The translations under genes and the position numbers were made by a program. A DNA stretch of 64,000 nucleotides, from IMG/VR virus record IMGVR_UViG_3300043446_000899, positions 9,159 to 73,158 of that record. One strand, 5' to 3'. The stretch comes from a virus. The notes beneath the pieces were generated by a model. That model made no database searches. It was not told the origin of the DNA and saw only the letters and a list, made by a program, of their open reading frames with translations. Within the stretch, counting starts at the first letter, position 1; every line of letters starts with the position of its first letter. Below, piece by piece: positions 21,172 through 31,215 of this stretch.

Positions 21172-22412
21172 TATAAATACTGTTTAAATATATTTGTCAT
21201 TCCTGAGGCTTCTTCTATTAAGAATCCTGTCACTTCAGCTTTAGACATTGTGTGACCGTTCTTATCATCCCAAAGACTCTTAGCATTTGAAAATGCTGGG
21301 ATTTGGTAAAACTTGATACCATTGAAGTCTTGACTTACTTCATGGTGTTTATCTCCTGTGAATATATAAAAATTATTGTGAAAAGACCAACCATTTTTAA
21401 ATTCCATTGGAAATAATGCTGCTAATTTAGCAGGCTTTATTGCATCTCCGTGGTTAAACATTAATGCTGAATTTCCATAACTTACATACTTTCTATACTT
21501 AGGAGAGCAGTCAAAGCTAACTCTTTCTGTATTTCTAAAGAAAGCTTCTAACCAAGTAATCATATGCCACCCAGCGTACTCATCATGGTTACCAGCTACA
21601 TATACTACATTTACATTTGTAGCATATTGTAATAACATTGTAATCACTAATATCTCATGGTCACAGATAAACTTGAAAGAATCATGGTATGTGTGAGTAT
21701 TAGTTTGAGGAGTACCTTTTGTTGTGGTTCCTGTAAATTCACTATTGAATTCATCAGAACCAATGATGTATGTAATTTGCTCTAAGTTATTTGAAATTGT
21801 TGCTTGGTTAGCAATTAACTCTAACTTGTATACAAGCTCTGCCAACCTTTGTCCTATGTTGTTGTTACCATCAATATCAAACTTATTCAAGTGAGAGTCT
21901 TGTTTGTTAATAACTAACATGGCAGGGAACTTATTTCCCTCCCACTTAGGACTCATAACTTCTTGACTTACAGGCTCATATGAAGCTAAAAAGTCTACAA
22001 AGCTATCTTGAAAAACTTGCTCTGTAGACTTTTTCCCCAACCAGGCTTTTACCTGCCAATGAGGGTTTTCTCCATTTCCCCAGTAGTTTTGTACGTATTT
22101 AGTTATTTCCCATTTATCTGTGTCAATCTTACACTTCTCAATAAGATCTTCTAAGCTTTTAATTTCTTCTGTAACGTTAGCTACAATCTCTCCAGTTCCT
22201 TTAACTAAGTCTTCTGTAAACTTGACTATTGTGTCTTCTAAGTCAGCTATATAGTTACCAACCACCGCTTCATCATGCCTCTTTCTAATATCTGTTAACA
22301 ATTCGTCAATCTCTAATTCTGTCACTCCTAGCTTCTCAGCGTAATATTTCTTTGATTTTTTCCAATGTAACATTTGCTGAAGTTGCTCTAAAAGGGGTTG
22401 ATTTCCAGACAT
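21171..22412 (-). CDS. calcineurin-like metallophosphoesterase-domain protein (413 aa)
   Basis: VAGNHDEY (the GNHD/E motif), followed by NHGD and GDKHHE. Upstream DSH and GSDEF fit the motif I/II order. N-terminal ~170 aa extension. Confidence 0.5.
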   Translation of the reverse strand: MSGNQPLLEQLQQMLHWKKSKKYYAEKLGVTELEIDELLTDIRKRHDEAVVGNYIADLEDTIVKFTEDLVKGTGEIVANVTEEIKSLEDLIEKCKIDTDKWEITKYVQNYWGNGENPHWQVKAWLGKKSTEQVFQDSFVDFLASYEPVSQEVMSPKWEGNKFPAMLVINKQDSHLNKFDIDGNNNIGQRLAELVYKLELIANQATISNNLEQITYIIGSDEFNSEFTGTTTKGTPQTNTHTYHDSFKFICDHEILVITMLLQYATNVNVVYVAGNHDEYAGWHMITWLEAFFRNTERVSFDCSPKYRKYVSYGNSALMFNHGDAIKPAKLAALFPMEFKNGWSFHNNFYIFTGDKHHEVSQDFNGIKFYQIPAFSNAKSLWDDKNGHTMSKAEVTGFLIEEASGMTNIFKQYL

Positions 22413-22523
22413 ATGGGTTTTGAGTTTGGTTAAAATTGATGTAAAGATAGGAAACTTTTTTCATATTTACCAAATTTTATTAACTAATTTAATTATATAG
22501 TTTAACTAACTTGATTAGAGTTC

Positions 22524-22557
22524 AAATAAAAAACCCCCAGCCTAGAAAGGCCAGGGG
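22524..22557 (-). terminator. rho-independent terminator after the fibre gene 22594..23232
   Basis: GC-rich hairpin CCCC(C)aGCCT-agaa-AGGCcaGGGG in an AT-rich region. On the minus strand it is followed by UUUUUUAUUU. Confidence 0.45.
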
Positions 22558-22593
22558 ATACTCTGTAAACCAACAAACAGAGTTTTTTATCTT

Positions 22594-23232
22594 TTAGCAC
22601 GCATAATTGTTCTCACATGCTCCATTTATAATAACTGTGACAATTGTACCACCTATATTTACCGTTTGACCATTTGTCAGAACTCCCACTCCAGAAACAA
22701 CAATTGGAGATCTTCGTTTCCAACTATTAACAGAGCAAGTCATAGGTGAATTACCTGGTCCAGAACCATAATTCATACCTGCTGGTATAGTGATTGGATT
22801 GCCAGCTATGTCATCAGATTCTTCATATGGTCCACAATTGTTTACATGTGAACCATCTACATTAGCAGTAGTAATTGTTACAGGTACACTTAACGCATTA
22901 GTTAATGTGAATATAAAGTACCCACCTTCATAGTTTTCAAAAGTTAACGTAGAAGTTGGAGGTGGAGGTATAATTGTTGTTGTACTAGTAGTTGTTGTAG
23001 TAATAGGGGTAGGAGCTCCAGATACATCTAGATATAAATCTCTCTTACATGCACCTGTAGATTTTAAAAGCACATATGTAGTTCCATCAGGAACAGTTGC
23101 AGTATATCCACTTAATAATGCAGCTTTGCTAATTCCTGATGTAATAACGTTTGTAAACCCATCTACATTAGAATATAAGTTAAAAGGTCCTGTATCAGAA
23201 CCAGCTGTTGTTAATGTTATTAATACTATCAT
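22594..23232 (-). CDS. tail fibre/spike-family protein (212 aa): shared N-terminal adaptor, poly-Thr linker, Cys-containing C-terminal domain
   Basis: N-terminus TLTTAGSDTGPFNLYSN...ISKAALLSGYTATVPDG...VLLKSTGAC is paralogous to 13594..14460. Contains a TTTTTSTTT linker. Confidence 0.55.
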   Translation of the reverse strand: MIVLITLTTAGSDTGPFNLYSNVDGFTNVITSGISKAALLSGYTATVPDGTTYVLLKSTGACKRDLYLDVSGAPTPITTTTTSTTTIIPPPPTSTLTFENYEGGYFIFTLTNALSVPVTITTANVDGSHVNNCGPYEESDDIAGNPITIPAGMNYGSGPGNSPMTCSVNSWKRRSPIVVSGVGVLTNGQTVNIGGTIVTVIINGACENNYAC

Positions 23233-23243
23233 ATTGGTTTATT

Positions 23244-24527
23244 TTAAGTTAGTTTTGTCCAGCTAGCTCCACTGTCTATAGATCTCCAAATTCCTGTTTG
23301 CTCTGTTGCATAAGCATATCCTGTGTAAGACATTGCTACATCACCCCAAGCTCTACTTCCTGGCCCAGTAACTGCTGTTACGGTTCCAAGATTAGTTGAT
23401 CTGTAGATGTAACCAGGATCATAAGTTGTAACAATTAAATTGTTTCCTGTACCATCCATAGCAACATTTGTCCATTTCTTTTGAGTTACACCAAACGTAG
23501 TCCATGTAGCTCCACTATCAGAACTTTTTACTAATAATGTGTTATTCAATAAAGCAGGTGCATCAAAATATCCATAAGATCTTGCAATAACTTGAACTGC
23601 TCCGTTTGAAGACATTGCACAATCAAAATTGTTAACACTACCATCTACTAGTTTTGTAGTAAAGGTTGCTCCACTATTTGTTGAAACATATGCTGCTCCA
23701 TCAAAGTCAGTGCTACTGTTTGGAGAAACTAATAATTGAGTTTGTCCATTTGAACTAATTGCAGATCCATAAATAAAATATTTACTGCCATCAGGTGCAT
23801 TATTTGTTCTGGTAAAAGTTGCACCATAAGTTGTTGATAACCAATACTGTGAAGTTTGAAACCAATAAGCTGAATCGTTTCCAGGATAAACTTCATCTAC
23901 ATTAGTTGCTGTAGCCATTACGTATTGTCCTGTTCTAGAAACACTTATTGAAGACCACGCACGTGGACTGGTAAATGTAGGAACTTTAAACCAAGTAACT
24001 CCGTAATCTTGAGATCTCCATATCCATTTACCAGCACTAGTATTAGTTTCAACTACATACATGTATTGCCCTGTTCCAGAAACACCTACACTTGCACAAC
24101 TTCCACCAGATGCAAAAGCCATAGTGACATTTCTAAAACCTGTTCCGTAATTATCTGATATTTTTAAAATATTTGTTCCTGTTTTTCCTATTAGTACATA
24201 CTTTCCATCATTGCTTGTATTAACATCATCTCTACTCACTGCAACTTTGTAATAGCTTTGTCCACTTGTAGGAGGATAGGCTGTAGTTGTTGTAGTGGTT
24301 GTAGATACACACGGAATACTTTGTGTTATTGAGTTTGTACAAAGCCCTGTAGATGTAATAGTAACTAAAGTTGCTGCATCATCTACACTTACAATCTTTC
24401 CTGCCAACAACTCAGTCTTAGTACCAGTTGATGGAGTCACACTTCCTATGTCTGCTGTAAGATTAAAGTTTGGACCTAAGTCACTTGATAGACCACCTCC
24501 TAATATTAATGTTATACTTCTTGCCAT
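23244..24527 (-). CDS. BNR/Asp-box repeat (sialidase-like beta-propeller) tail-spike protein (427 aa) with the shared N-terminal adaptor
   Basis: Five SxDxGxTW/F-type Asp boxes (SQDYGVTW, STTYGATF, STNSGATF, SSDSGATW, SIDSGASW). Poly-T linker. The N-terminus is related to the two paralogues. Confidence 0.55.
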   Translation of the reverse strand: MARSITLILGGGLSSDLGPNFNLTADIGSVTPSTGTKTELLAGKIVSVDDAATLVTITSTGLCTNSITQSIPCVSTTTTTTTAYPPTSGQSYYKVAVSRDDVNTSNDGKYVLIGKTGTNILKISDNYGTGFRNVTMAFASGGSCASVGVSGTGQYMYVVETNTSAGKWIWRSQDYGVTWFKVPTFTSPRAWSSISVSRTGQYVMATATNVDEVYPGNDSAYWFQTSQYWLSTTYGATFTRTNNAPDGSKYFIYGSAISSNGQTQLLVSPNSSTDFDGAAYVSTNSGATFTTKLVDGSVNNFDCAMSSNGAVQVIARSYGYFDAPALLNNTLLVKSSDSGATWTTFGVTQKKWTNVAMDGTGNNLIVTTYDPGYIYRSTNLGTVTAVTGPGSRAWGDVAMSYTGYAYATEQTGIWRSIDSGASWTKLT

Positions 24528-24539
24528 TTATTTTATCAA

Positions 24540-25403
24540 TTATACACAACCACTATCACAAGTTGCATAAGCGTTTAAAGTTAATGTATTTCCAATATCT
24601 CCACTTGTTACAGTATATACTCCTGTAAATAAGTTTGTTGAACCTGATCCACAAGCTGCATCTGCAATTATACCTACTGTCCACGCATTTGCAGTACCGT
24701 TGTTACCACTGCAACCAGTAGAACTTATTTCAACATTTATTGTATCACCAACATTTACTGGCCATGTTCCAGTTGAACTACTATTTCTATCTTCAATAAC
24801 ATTACCATTTAAATATAAAATCATTTCACCAGTTGCTCCAATACCTTCATTAAAACTCCACGATAAAGTTGCAGATGTTGGACTGTTACAAACTATGTTA
24901 AATCCATTATAATTACATGTAGGTATATAAACAGTCGTAGTTGTTGTAGTAGTACAAGGACCAAATCCTGGACAACAGTTTCCATAAGTTATTTCACGTA
25001 AACCACTGCCATATATAGATCCTCTTAAAATACCACAACCTGTATATCCACCTGGATCTTGAGTTGTACATCCAACAATGACAACAGCAGTACCAGCTGC
25101 TACAAATTGAGTTTTACCATTACCTGAACAATCTTGATATGTTACATATTGATCAATTGCTCCTTCTAAATCATTATATACAGTAACTTCTCCAACACAA
25201 GGACAAGGGTAGTCTTGATATTTAGGAGCTCTATCGTTAGTATATGTGGACCAAGGAATAGCTGATTGATCTATGTAATAGTTAGCATCAGCCTCTCCTT
25301 TGTTCATGATGTTTCCATCTAAAGGAGGGGTTGCTCCAGGTTTCTTTACATAACCCATTGTAGCAAGGTCTGCACCTGTTACTAAATAGTTGTTAACTTT
25401 CAT
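24540..25403 (-). CDS. Cys-rich fibre-associated protein (287 aa) with poly-Thr linker
   Basis: TTTTTTT linker and many Cys pairs. Its start overlaps the stop of the collagen-like fibre gene. Confidence 0.5.
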   Translation of the reverse strand: MKVNNYLVTGADLATMGYVKKPGATPPLDGNIMNKGEADANYYIDQSAIPWSTYTNDRAPKYQDYPCPCVGEVTVYNDLEGAIDQYVTYQDCSGNGKTQFVAAGTAVVIVGCTTQDPGGYTGCGILRGSIYGSGLREITYGNCCPGFGPCTTTTTTTVYIPTCNYNGFNIVCNSPTSATLSWSFNEGIGATGEMILYLNGNVIEDRNSSSTGTWPVNVGDTINVEISSTGCSGNNGTANAWTVGIIADAACGSGSTNLFTGVYTVTSGDIGNTLTLNAYATCDSGCV

Positions 25404-27163
25404 TATTTTAATTTAGCTTCTAGTTCAGCAATACGTTTTTCTAATTGTGCTATTTTTAATGTATGCACATCTGAATAGTTTACCACCAATTTATCTTCTC
25501 CTGCTACAGCATCTGGTAATATTGATTGTACCTGCTGAGCTGAGTAACCATATCTAATTTGATCAGACTCTTCATCTATACGTGTAAATTTAATTACATC
25601 TATTCCAGATAAGTCTATGTTAGGATTTGTTTCTAATACACTCTTAAATCTAATATCTGATGTCTCATAGAATGACCCAGCATTCAATTGAGATCCAGCA
25701 ATAGTAACTCCTGTATTAGCTGTGGCAGTGTTTGCTGTACCATTAGCTGTAAGTACAGCCCCTGCAGTAGTTGGAGATATGCTAGTAAATCCTGCACCAG
25801 AAGTTCCAGAAGTTCCAGAAGTTCCACTGTTTCCTGAAGTACCACTTGTACCAGTTGTTCCTGAAGAACCAGACGTTCCACCAGTACTAACTCCGCTTGA
25901 TCCACTTGTACCAGTTGTACCAGAGCTTCCTGAAGTACCACTTGACCCTGAACTTCCAGAAGTACCTGATGTTCCACTAGTACCAGTTGTTCCAGAGGTA
26001 CCTGTGGTGCCTGAAGTACCTGTTGTACCAGACGTACCAGACGTACCAGTTGTTCCACTAGTTCCTGTAGTTCCGCTGGTTCCAGAGGTACCAGTAGTAC
26101 CTGAGGTTCCACTCGTACCTGTTGTACCTGAAGATCCAGCTGTACCAGAAGTACCTGAGCTACCAGCAGCACCTACAGGAACTAACATAAACGTTTCACC
26201 ATTAGAAGGATTTGTACCCTGAGCTGCAGTTTGTGTAACTACGAATCTTTCATATCCAACTTCAAAAGGAGATACAGATACAATTTCTAATATTTTAAAT
26301 CTAGAAGAATCAACAGTACTAACTAACTTAAGTGCTGAGTAAGGATTTAATGCATCTAGATATGCTGAGAAATCAGCACTAGGATTAAATGATAAATCAC
26401 TGATTGCTATCTGAGAAGCAGAAGCTAACCAACTTGCATCATTTAAAGTGAAATATGTGGCACCAGGATTAACGTTTGTATTTGTACTAGAATTATATCT
26501 CCATAGTGCAAGACCTCCTTCATAACCTGAAGTACCACTCGTACCTGTAGTTCCAGAAGAACCTGAAGTACCAGTTGTTCCTGAACTACCAGAGGTTCCA
26601 TCTACACCAGAGGTTCCAGACGTTCCTGAACTACCATCTACACCAGAACTACCATCTGTTCCAGAACTTCCTGAACTACCAGATGTTCCAGTAAGCCCAC
26701 TTGTACCATTAATACCACTTGTACCATTAATACCACTAGTTCCATCAGCACCTCTTCCACCAGAAGTTCCGCTTGTACCTGATACACCACTTGTACCTGA
26801 TACTCCAGAAGTACCGTTAACTCCAGAAGTACCATTGACACCTGAAGTACCATTTTGTCCAGAAGTTCCGCTAGATCCAGATGCACCATTAACTCCTGAT
26901 GTGCCATTAACTCCAGAAGTTCCGTTATGTCCAGATGTACCAGAAGTGCCAGAAGTACCTGTACCTCCACCACCTGTACCAATAGCATTATCTAATTTCT
27001 CTAAGGCTGTTGTTAATATATCTAAATTTTGTACTCCTGAATTAGGAAGATTAGGTCCTATGTATGTAACGTTGTCACTTGTTGTGCAACAGTCTTGGCA
27101 TCCACAATTTTCATCAGGATGATAGTATGCATCATAGCAAGGAGTACCAGGTAAACAGTTCAT
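25403..27163 (-). CDS. collagen-like tail fibre with a C-terminal intramolecular chaperone / S74-type autoprocessing domain
   Basis: Two long (G-T/S-S) Gly-X-Y blocks. Cys-rich N-terminus. C-terminal TSDIRFKSV matches the SDxRxK autocleavage motif of endosialidase-type chaperone domains, followed by a coiled-coil tail ([13 protein letters not shown]). Confidence 0.65.
   Translation of the reverse strand: MNCLPGTPCYDAYYHPDENCGCQDCCTTSDNVTYIGPNLPNSGVQNLDILTTALEKLDNAIGTGGGGTGTSGTSGTSGHNGTSGVNGTSGVNGASGSSGTSGQNGTSGVNGTSGVNGTSGVSGTSGVSGTSGTSGGRGADGTSGINGTSGINGTSGLTGTSGSSGSSGTDGSSGVDGSSGTSGTSGVDGTSGSSGTTGTSGSSGTTGTSGTSGYEGGLALWRYNSSTNTNVNPGATYFTLNDASWLASASQIAISDLSFNPSADFSAYLDALNPYSALKLVSTVDSSRFKILEIVSVSPFEVGYERFVVTQTAAQGTNPSNGETFMLVPVGAAGSSGTSGTAGSSGTTGTSGTSGTTGTSGTSGTTGTSGTTGTSGTSGTTGTSGTTGTSGTTGTSGTSGTSGSSGSSGTSGSSGTTGTSGSSGVSTGGTSGSSGTTGTSGTSGNSGTSGTSGTSGAGFTSISPTTAGAVLTANGTANTATANTGVTIAGSQLNAGSFYETSDIRFKSVLETNPNIDLSGIDVIKFTRIDEESDQIRYGYSAQQVQSILPDAVAGEDKLVVNYSDVHTLKIAQLEKRIAELEAKLK
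25690..26990. repeat. collagen-like Gly-X-Y coding microrepeats in two blocks (GGTACNAGTGGNACN...)
   Basis: Visible 9-nt periodicity. The repeats generate the spurious alternate-frame ORFs at 25684..26172, 25722..26222, 26638..26988 and 26835..27122. Confidence 0.7.
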
Positions 27164-27183
27164 TTATATTTTGGTTTATAATA

Positions 27184-28287
27184 TTAAGGAATATACATAA
27201 TGTAATATGCAGCAATAACAGGTTGAATATTTGGATGACCTTGATTGCTACCAGTATTACTATTGCTAACATTTACAGTTGTAGCTACTGTGATACCTGT
27301 TGTAGAAACAGTTGTTTGTACATTTTTAGGAAGCTCATTTGTTATACCAATAGTTCCTGAGCTACTCCAACCTTTAGGAGTATATCCTGAATAGTGACTG
27401 TGACCAGGATCTGATACACTAGATGTAGCAGATGCTGTTGCAGTGTGTGTATGACTAGGAAGTTGGTTAACATTTAGTGTTATAGTATTTGCACCAGCAA
27501 CATCTTCAATATCGTAATTAGGGTTACCTGCATAGACAGGATCTACTGCAGCAGCTAACGGTCCACCAGGAACATTTAATATAGCTCCTACACCAACTCT
27601 ACCTCTTTTATCAGGAGTACCATTAGATCCATTACACAGATAGATTTTATCCCATCCTAATGAACCAATACCAGCACCTGTACCATCAAAGTTAGTTAGA
27701 GGACCATAGTATTCCACTACAGTGTAAGGAACCATTTTTAAATAGTTCTGAGTAACATTACCAGACTGACCAGCTATGTATGCAGCTATTAATGCATCTA
27801 GGTCAGCAAGTTTTACATAGTTTGTATCTACATCAAGAGCTAGTGCAGCTAAATCTGCAACCACTGAACATAGTCTTGTAATAACTGCTTGCAAGATAGC
27901 ATGGGTATCAGAAGATGCTGTTACACCTGTAAGACAACCAATGTTATAGTCTGCATTTAATGTAGCAATATCAGCAGCAACAGCAGTCACTTGAGTTTGT
28001 AAACTACAAACAGATTTGATCAATGCTGTAAATAACTGAGTAGAATTAGGAGAAGTGATTCCTGTTAGGAAACTATTAATAAGAGCACACTTATCACCAG
28101 GAGCAATAGTTATAACATCACCTGTACCAGTTAATAATGGAACAAGATGAGTTGTAATCATTTCTTCTACATGAAGTAAAGTGTCTCCTGTAGTAATATT
28201 TAGAGCAGGAATAGTTGGACCTGTGTACCTAACACATTGGTCAGAAACAGTCTCAACACATCCATTATAGCAACTTGTACAAGACAT
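27184..28287 (-). CDS. tail fibre protein with a phage tail-collar domain (367 aa)
   Basis: IYLCNGSNGTPDKRGRVGVG plus NQLPSHTHT match the tail-collar signature (xxCNG...PDLRGR...MPxHxH). The Cys-rich N-terminus resembles that of the collagen-like fibre. Confidence 0.6.
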   Translation of the reverse strand: MSCTSCYNGCVETVSDQCVRYTGPTIPALNITTGDTLLHVEEMITTHLVPLLTGTGDVITIAPGDKCALINSFLTGITSPNSTQLFTALIKSVCSLQTQVTAVAADIATLNADYNIGCLTGVTASSDTHAILQAVITRLCSVVADLAALALDVDTNYVKLADLDALIAAYIAGQSGNVTQNYLKMVPYTVVEYYGPLTNFDGTGAGIGSLGWDKIYLCNGSNGTPDKRGRVGVGAILNVPGGPLAAAVDPVYAGNPNYDIEDVAGANTITLNVNQLPSHTHTATASATSSVSDPGHSHYSGYTPKGWSSSGTIGITNELPKNVQTTVSTTGITVATTVNVSNSNTGSNQGHPNIQPVIAAYYIMYIP

Positions 28288-28295
28288 TTTTATAA

Positions 28296-28562
28296 TTATT
28301 TATTAATTAACACAATTACTCTACTTGCAATCATTGGTACCGTAAAAGGTTTACAGTATTCTGGATTACAAAGTTTGTAAGTTAATATTTGTTTATAGTG
28401 CAATAGGTCACCTATTACCTGTCCAGGAATATAATAATTCAAGGAGTACACAATATTATTGTACTGATCATTAGCTAATGCAGTTAGCTTAATATCAATA
28501 TCATTTAATAGTGCAGGTATGCTAGCACACTCAATACAGTCCGTTAATCTTGGTGATAACAT
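28296..28562 (-). CDS. hypothetical protein (88 aa)
   Basis: Small ORF in the operon. ATG confirmed at complement of 28560-28562. Confidence 0.4.
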   Translation of the reverse strand: MLSPRLTDCIECASIPALLNDIDIKLTALANDQYNNIVYSLNYYIPGQVIGDLLHYKQILTYKLCNPEYCKPFTVPMIASRVIVLINK

Positions 28563-28675
28563 TTTTTATTCGTTGATTTATTTGTTTCAACTTGTTGTTA
28601 CATGCTGAACACAAACCATTAATTAATTGACATCCGCAACCTACCTTTAGGCCACAGTTTCTACAGTTTGCCATA

Positions 28676-29281
28676 TCAATAGAAGTTATTTATATAATTG
28701 TTTCCAGAACAACCACAATTGTTCTTAATAAAATTATTCAACTGTCTATCAGCCTGGGCATACAACTTATTAGCTGTATCTATAGCACAATTATTTGCAG
28801 CAGCAATTGATCCTTGGATCATGTAGTAGATACTGTTTAAATCTACTTTTGCTTGAGTTCTAATTGCACTATCACATTCCATCATATCAAGTTTCATAAA
28901 TGCATTATCAAACTTCTCTTGGATTCTTTCAGTACGCATTATGTTCTTTTCTACAAAATTTTGATATGCAGGAGCAACAGAGTACTTCATGTAATAAACA
29001 CCGTCAGGAAGTGGTTGAAAACCTCCACCTAAAGGATTTAAACCTAGTGTAACAGAGTTGTATACATTAAAATCTTGAGGAATAAATGGAAGAGACACAG
29101 GAGTAGTATATCCAGGAATAGTAATCTCCATAGTAGGAGCAACCACAACAGGAGGATTTGTATCATAGATTGATATATCAGCTACCCCCAATGTTTTGGT
29201 ATTAAAAGTATTTATTACTAGAAAATCTAAAGTCATGTCTTTAAAATAAAAATGCCAGAGGATTTGAGAATATCCTCTCAC
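28676..29281 (-). CDS. hypothetical structural protein (201 aa)
   Basis: ORF from the track. It appears to start with GTG on my reading; my own indexing of this gene disagrees with the track by 1 nt. Confidence 0.45.
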   Translation of the reverse strand: MRGYSQILWHFYFKDMTLDFLVINTFNTKTLGVADISIYDTNPPVVVAPTMEITIPGYTTPVSLPFIPQDFNVYNSVTLGLNPLGGGFQPLPDGVYYMKYSVAPAYQNFVEKNIMRTERIQEKFDNAFMKLDMMECDSAIRTQAKVDLNSIYYMIQGSIAAANNCAIDTANKLYAQADRQLNNFIKNNCGCSGNNYINNFY

Positions 29282-29317
29282 CCTCTGGCATAGGTTAATA
29301 TGATACTACCTTAAATC

Positions 29318-30457
29318 TTAAGGGATCAAAGTAGTTGTTGTTGAAGTACTAGGCCAAATAGTAGTTGTTGTACTAGTTGTAGAAGTAATATCACCACTTT
29401 CATCAGTTACTGTACCTAAAGCAGCCTCTAATACATCTAAGATGTCTTGAGTTAAGTTTTGAGGAGAAGCAATGATTACTTGGCTATCTTCTTTGATATA
29501 ATCACCCCAAGAATAAGCAGACTTGTCATACTCATTAAACTTGATGTATAATGTATCATAAGTAGTACCGTCAGTTACCCAAGACTCAAAGTTCTCGTTG
29601 TAACCTACCATTCTGTACAAATGCTTCAAATAACCAGCTTGGTAGCTATAGAAGTTTTTCTCTAATTGTTGGATCTCTGCAGAAGTACCAGAAACATAAG
29701 AACTACGTTGAGTAATTACAGCTTCAGCTACTTGGTTACAAGGATCTGCAACAATGAAGTCAGCAGTTGTAGCAGGACCAGAGAAGATGAATGTACGGAA
29801 GTACATACGATCGTATTCCCAAGGGAATGCAGCCACATCACATGGTTGACCATATTGAGTTAATGGTTTACCACTGATAACTAACTTAGCATTTTGATCA
29901 TCACCAACTCTTTGGAATTGATAGAATGTGTTAAAGCTAATGTTGTCAGGGTTGTTACCTGGAGCTCTTAACTCTAAGTGATAAATTAAATCATCAATTA
30001 AAGCAGGTACATCAACATCAGTACAAGGATTCTCACCGCATTGTAAACATGGAGCGTTTACAGTTACTGAACGTGTGAAACCATTGAAATACAATGTGTT
30101 AATGTAGCTAGAGAAAGCACGTAAAGTTAAAGTTACAACTTCACCTGGTTTTACAGTGAAATTACCAACTTCAGTTACTTGGTTCGCAGCAACTGGGTTA
30201 CCAGTAACTTTGTACCATTCTGTTACATTGCTCGCAGAGATCTTGTCAGAACGCTTAGAACCTTGTAAGTAAGTGTTTACTCTACCTTGAGCCAAATAGA
30301 AATAAGGGGCAGCAGCAATGTTACCTGCAGTTGCAACAACATAGTTATTGGTAAAGATACCAAATTGACCAGCTGTTAAGTCTTGTGTTGATCCAGAGCT
30401 AGGTAATGAATTGCCTACTGGTACAACAAAGAGGGTGGTTAATGAAAAATCCGCCAT
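29318..30457 (-). CDS. hypothetical structural protein (379 aa), Thr/Ser-rich C-terminus
   Basis: The ORF ends in STTSTTTTIWPSTSTTTT. Confidence 0.5.
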   Translation of the reverse strand: MADFSLTTLFVVPVGNSLPSSGSTQDLTAGQFGIFTNNYVVATAGNIAAAPYFYLAQGRVNTYLQGSKRSDKISASNVTEWYKVTGNPVAANQVTEVGNFTVKPGEVVTLTLRAFSSYINTLYFNGFTRSVTVNAPCLQCGENPCTDVDVPALIDDLIYHLELRAPGNNPDNISFNTFYQFQRVGDDQNAKLVISGKPLTQYGQPCDVAAFPWEYDRMYFRTFIFSGPATTADFIVADPCNQVAEAVITQRSSYVSGTSAEIQQLEKNFYSYQAGYLKHLYRMVGYNENFESWVTDGTTYDTLYIKFNEYDKSAYSWGDYIKEDSQVIIASPQNLTQDILDVLEAALGTVTDESGDITSTTSTTTTIWPSTSTTTTLIP

Positions 30458-30483
30458 TTTGTTTTATTTTAAATTATGAAAAA

Positions 30484-31215
30484 TTACTCGTTTGTTTGAA
30501 TCCTCATCTGAGCTGTTTGAACTGCAGACATGTTTTCAGTGTACATCGCTAAAGCTTGAACAGTTAAATCTAAAAGTTCATCTTCTAAATATGTTTCTAA
30601 TTCACAATCTTGATCATATGAATCTAAACCATCTAACATAACATATCCTGCTTTATTAATATACACTGGATATCTCATGTAGGAGATATATATTTTAGTT
30701 GGTGTAAAAGTACCATCTGTAAATATACTTATCTCATCAGAGGATAAAAAGTTAAACGTTTCTTGATATTCAAATGATGGTCTATAGTGAGTATTGTTTA
30801 AGCAATATTGTAAATCACCATGCTTAGCCAAATCTCTATTAATCCATATTTTTCTATCTCTACATCTACCTTTGTCTGCTAATACATAACTATCAATATA
30901 GAACATGTATTTTGGAACTAAGGCATGCACATTTGCTGCCCATTGGTTTAACTCTGGGTTCTTTAAAGCTAGGGGTAGCTCACCATCATTGTAAGCTACC
31001 ACTAAACTTTGAAGATCTTCGTAACGCTTTTTAAAAGCGTCTAAACCTAAACCATTAACTGTATTTGTACCATCAACCTTTTGCTTTATCAGCTTAATCT
31101 GAGCTTCATTCAAAGCTAGGATTTTGTCTTCTAGGTTGATTTGTTGATGCTCATTGGTTGATAGTTTATTTAGTTTTTGATCAATCTTATATAATAAACT
31201 ATCTACAGGGATCAT
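30484..31215 (-). CDS. hypothetical structural protein (243 aa)
   Basis: ORF overlapping the next gene by 4 nt. Confidence 0.5.
   Translation of the reverse strand: MIPVDSLLYKIDQKLNKLSTNEHQQINLEDKILALNEAQIKLIKQKVDGTNTVNGLGLDAFKKRYEDLQSLVVAYNDGELPLALKNPELNQWAANVHALVPKYMFYIDSYVLADKGRCRDRKIWINRDLAKHGDLQYCLNNTHYRPSFEYQETFNFLSSDEISIFTDGTFTPTKIYISYMRYPVYINKAGYVMLDGLDSYDQDCELETYLEDELLDLTVQALAMYTENMSAVQTAQMRIQTNE

Noticed and set aside
25684-27122. Long alternate-frame ORFs on both strands inside the collagen-like fibre gene (25684..26172, 25722..26222, 26638..26988, 26835..27122)
   Set aside because: They are artefacts of the 9-nt GTS repeat periodicity. Translations are low-complexity (poly V/P/E/L). 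They lie fully inside a well-supported gene.
28566-28673. Small Cys-rich minus-strand ORF (MANCRNCGLKVGCGCQLINGLCSACNN...) in the 28563-28675 gap
   Set aside because: It overlaps the start of the 88-aa gene out of frame and is very short. It could be a real zinc-ribbon peptide, but the support is insufficient.
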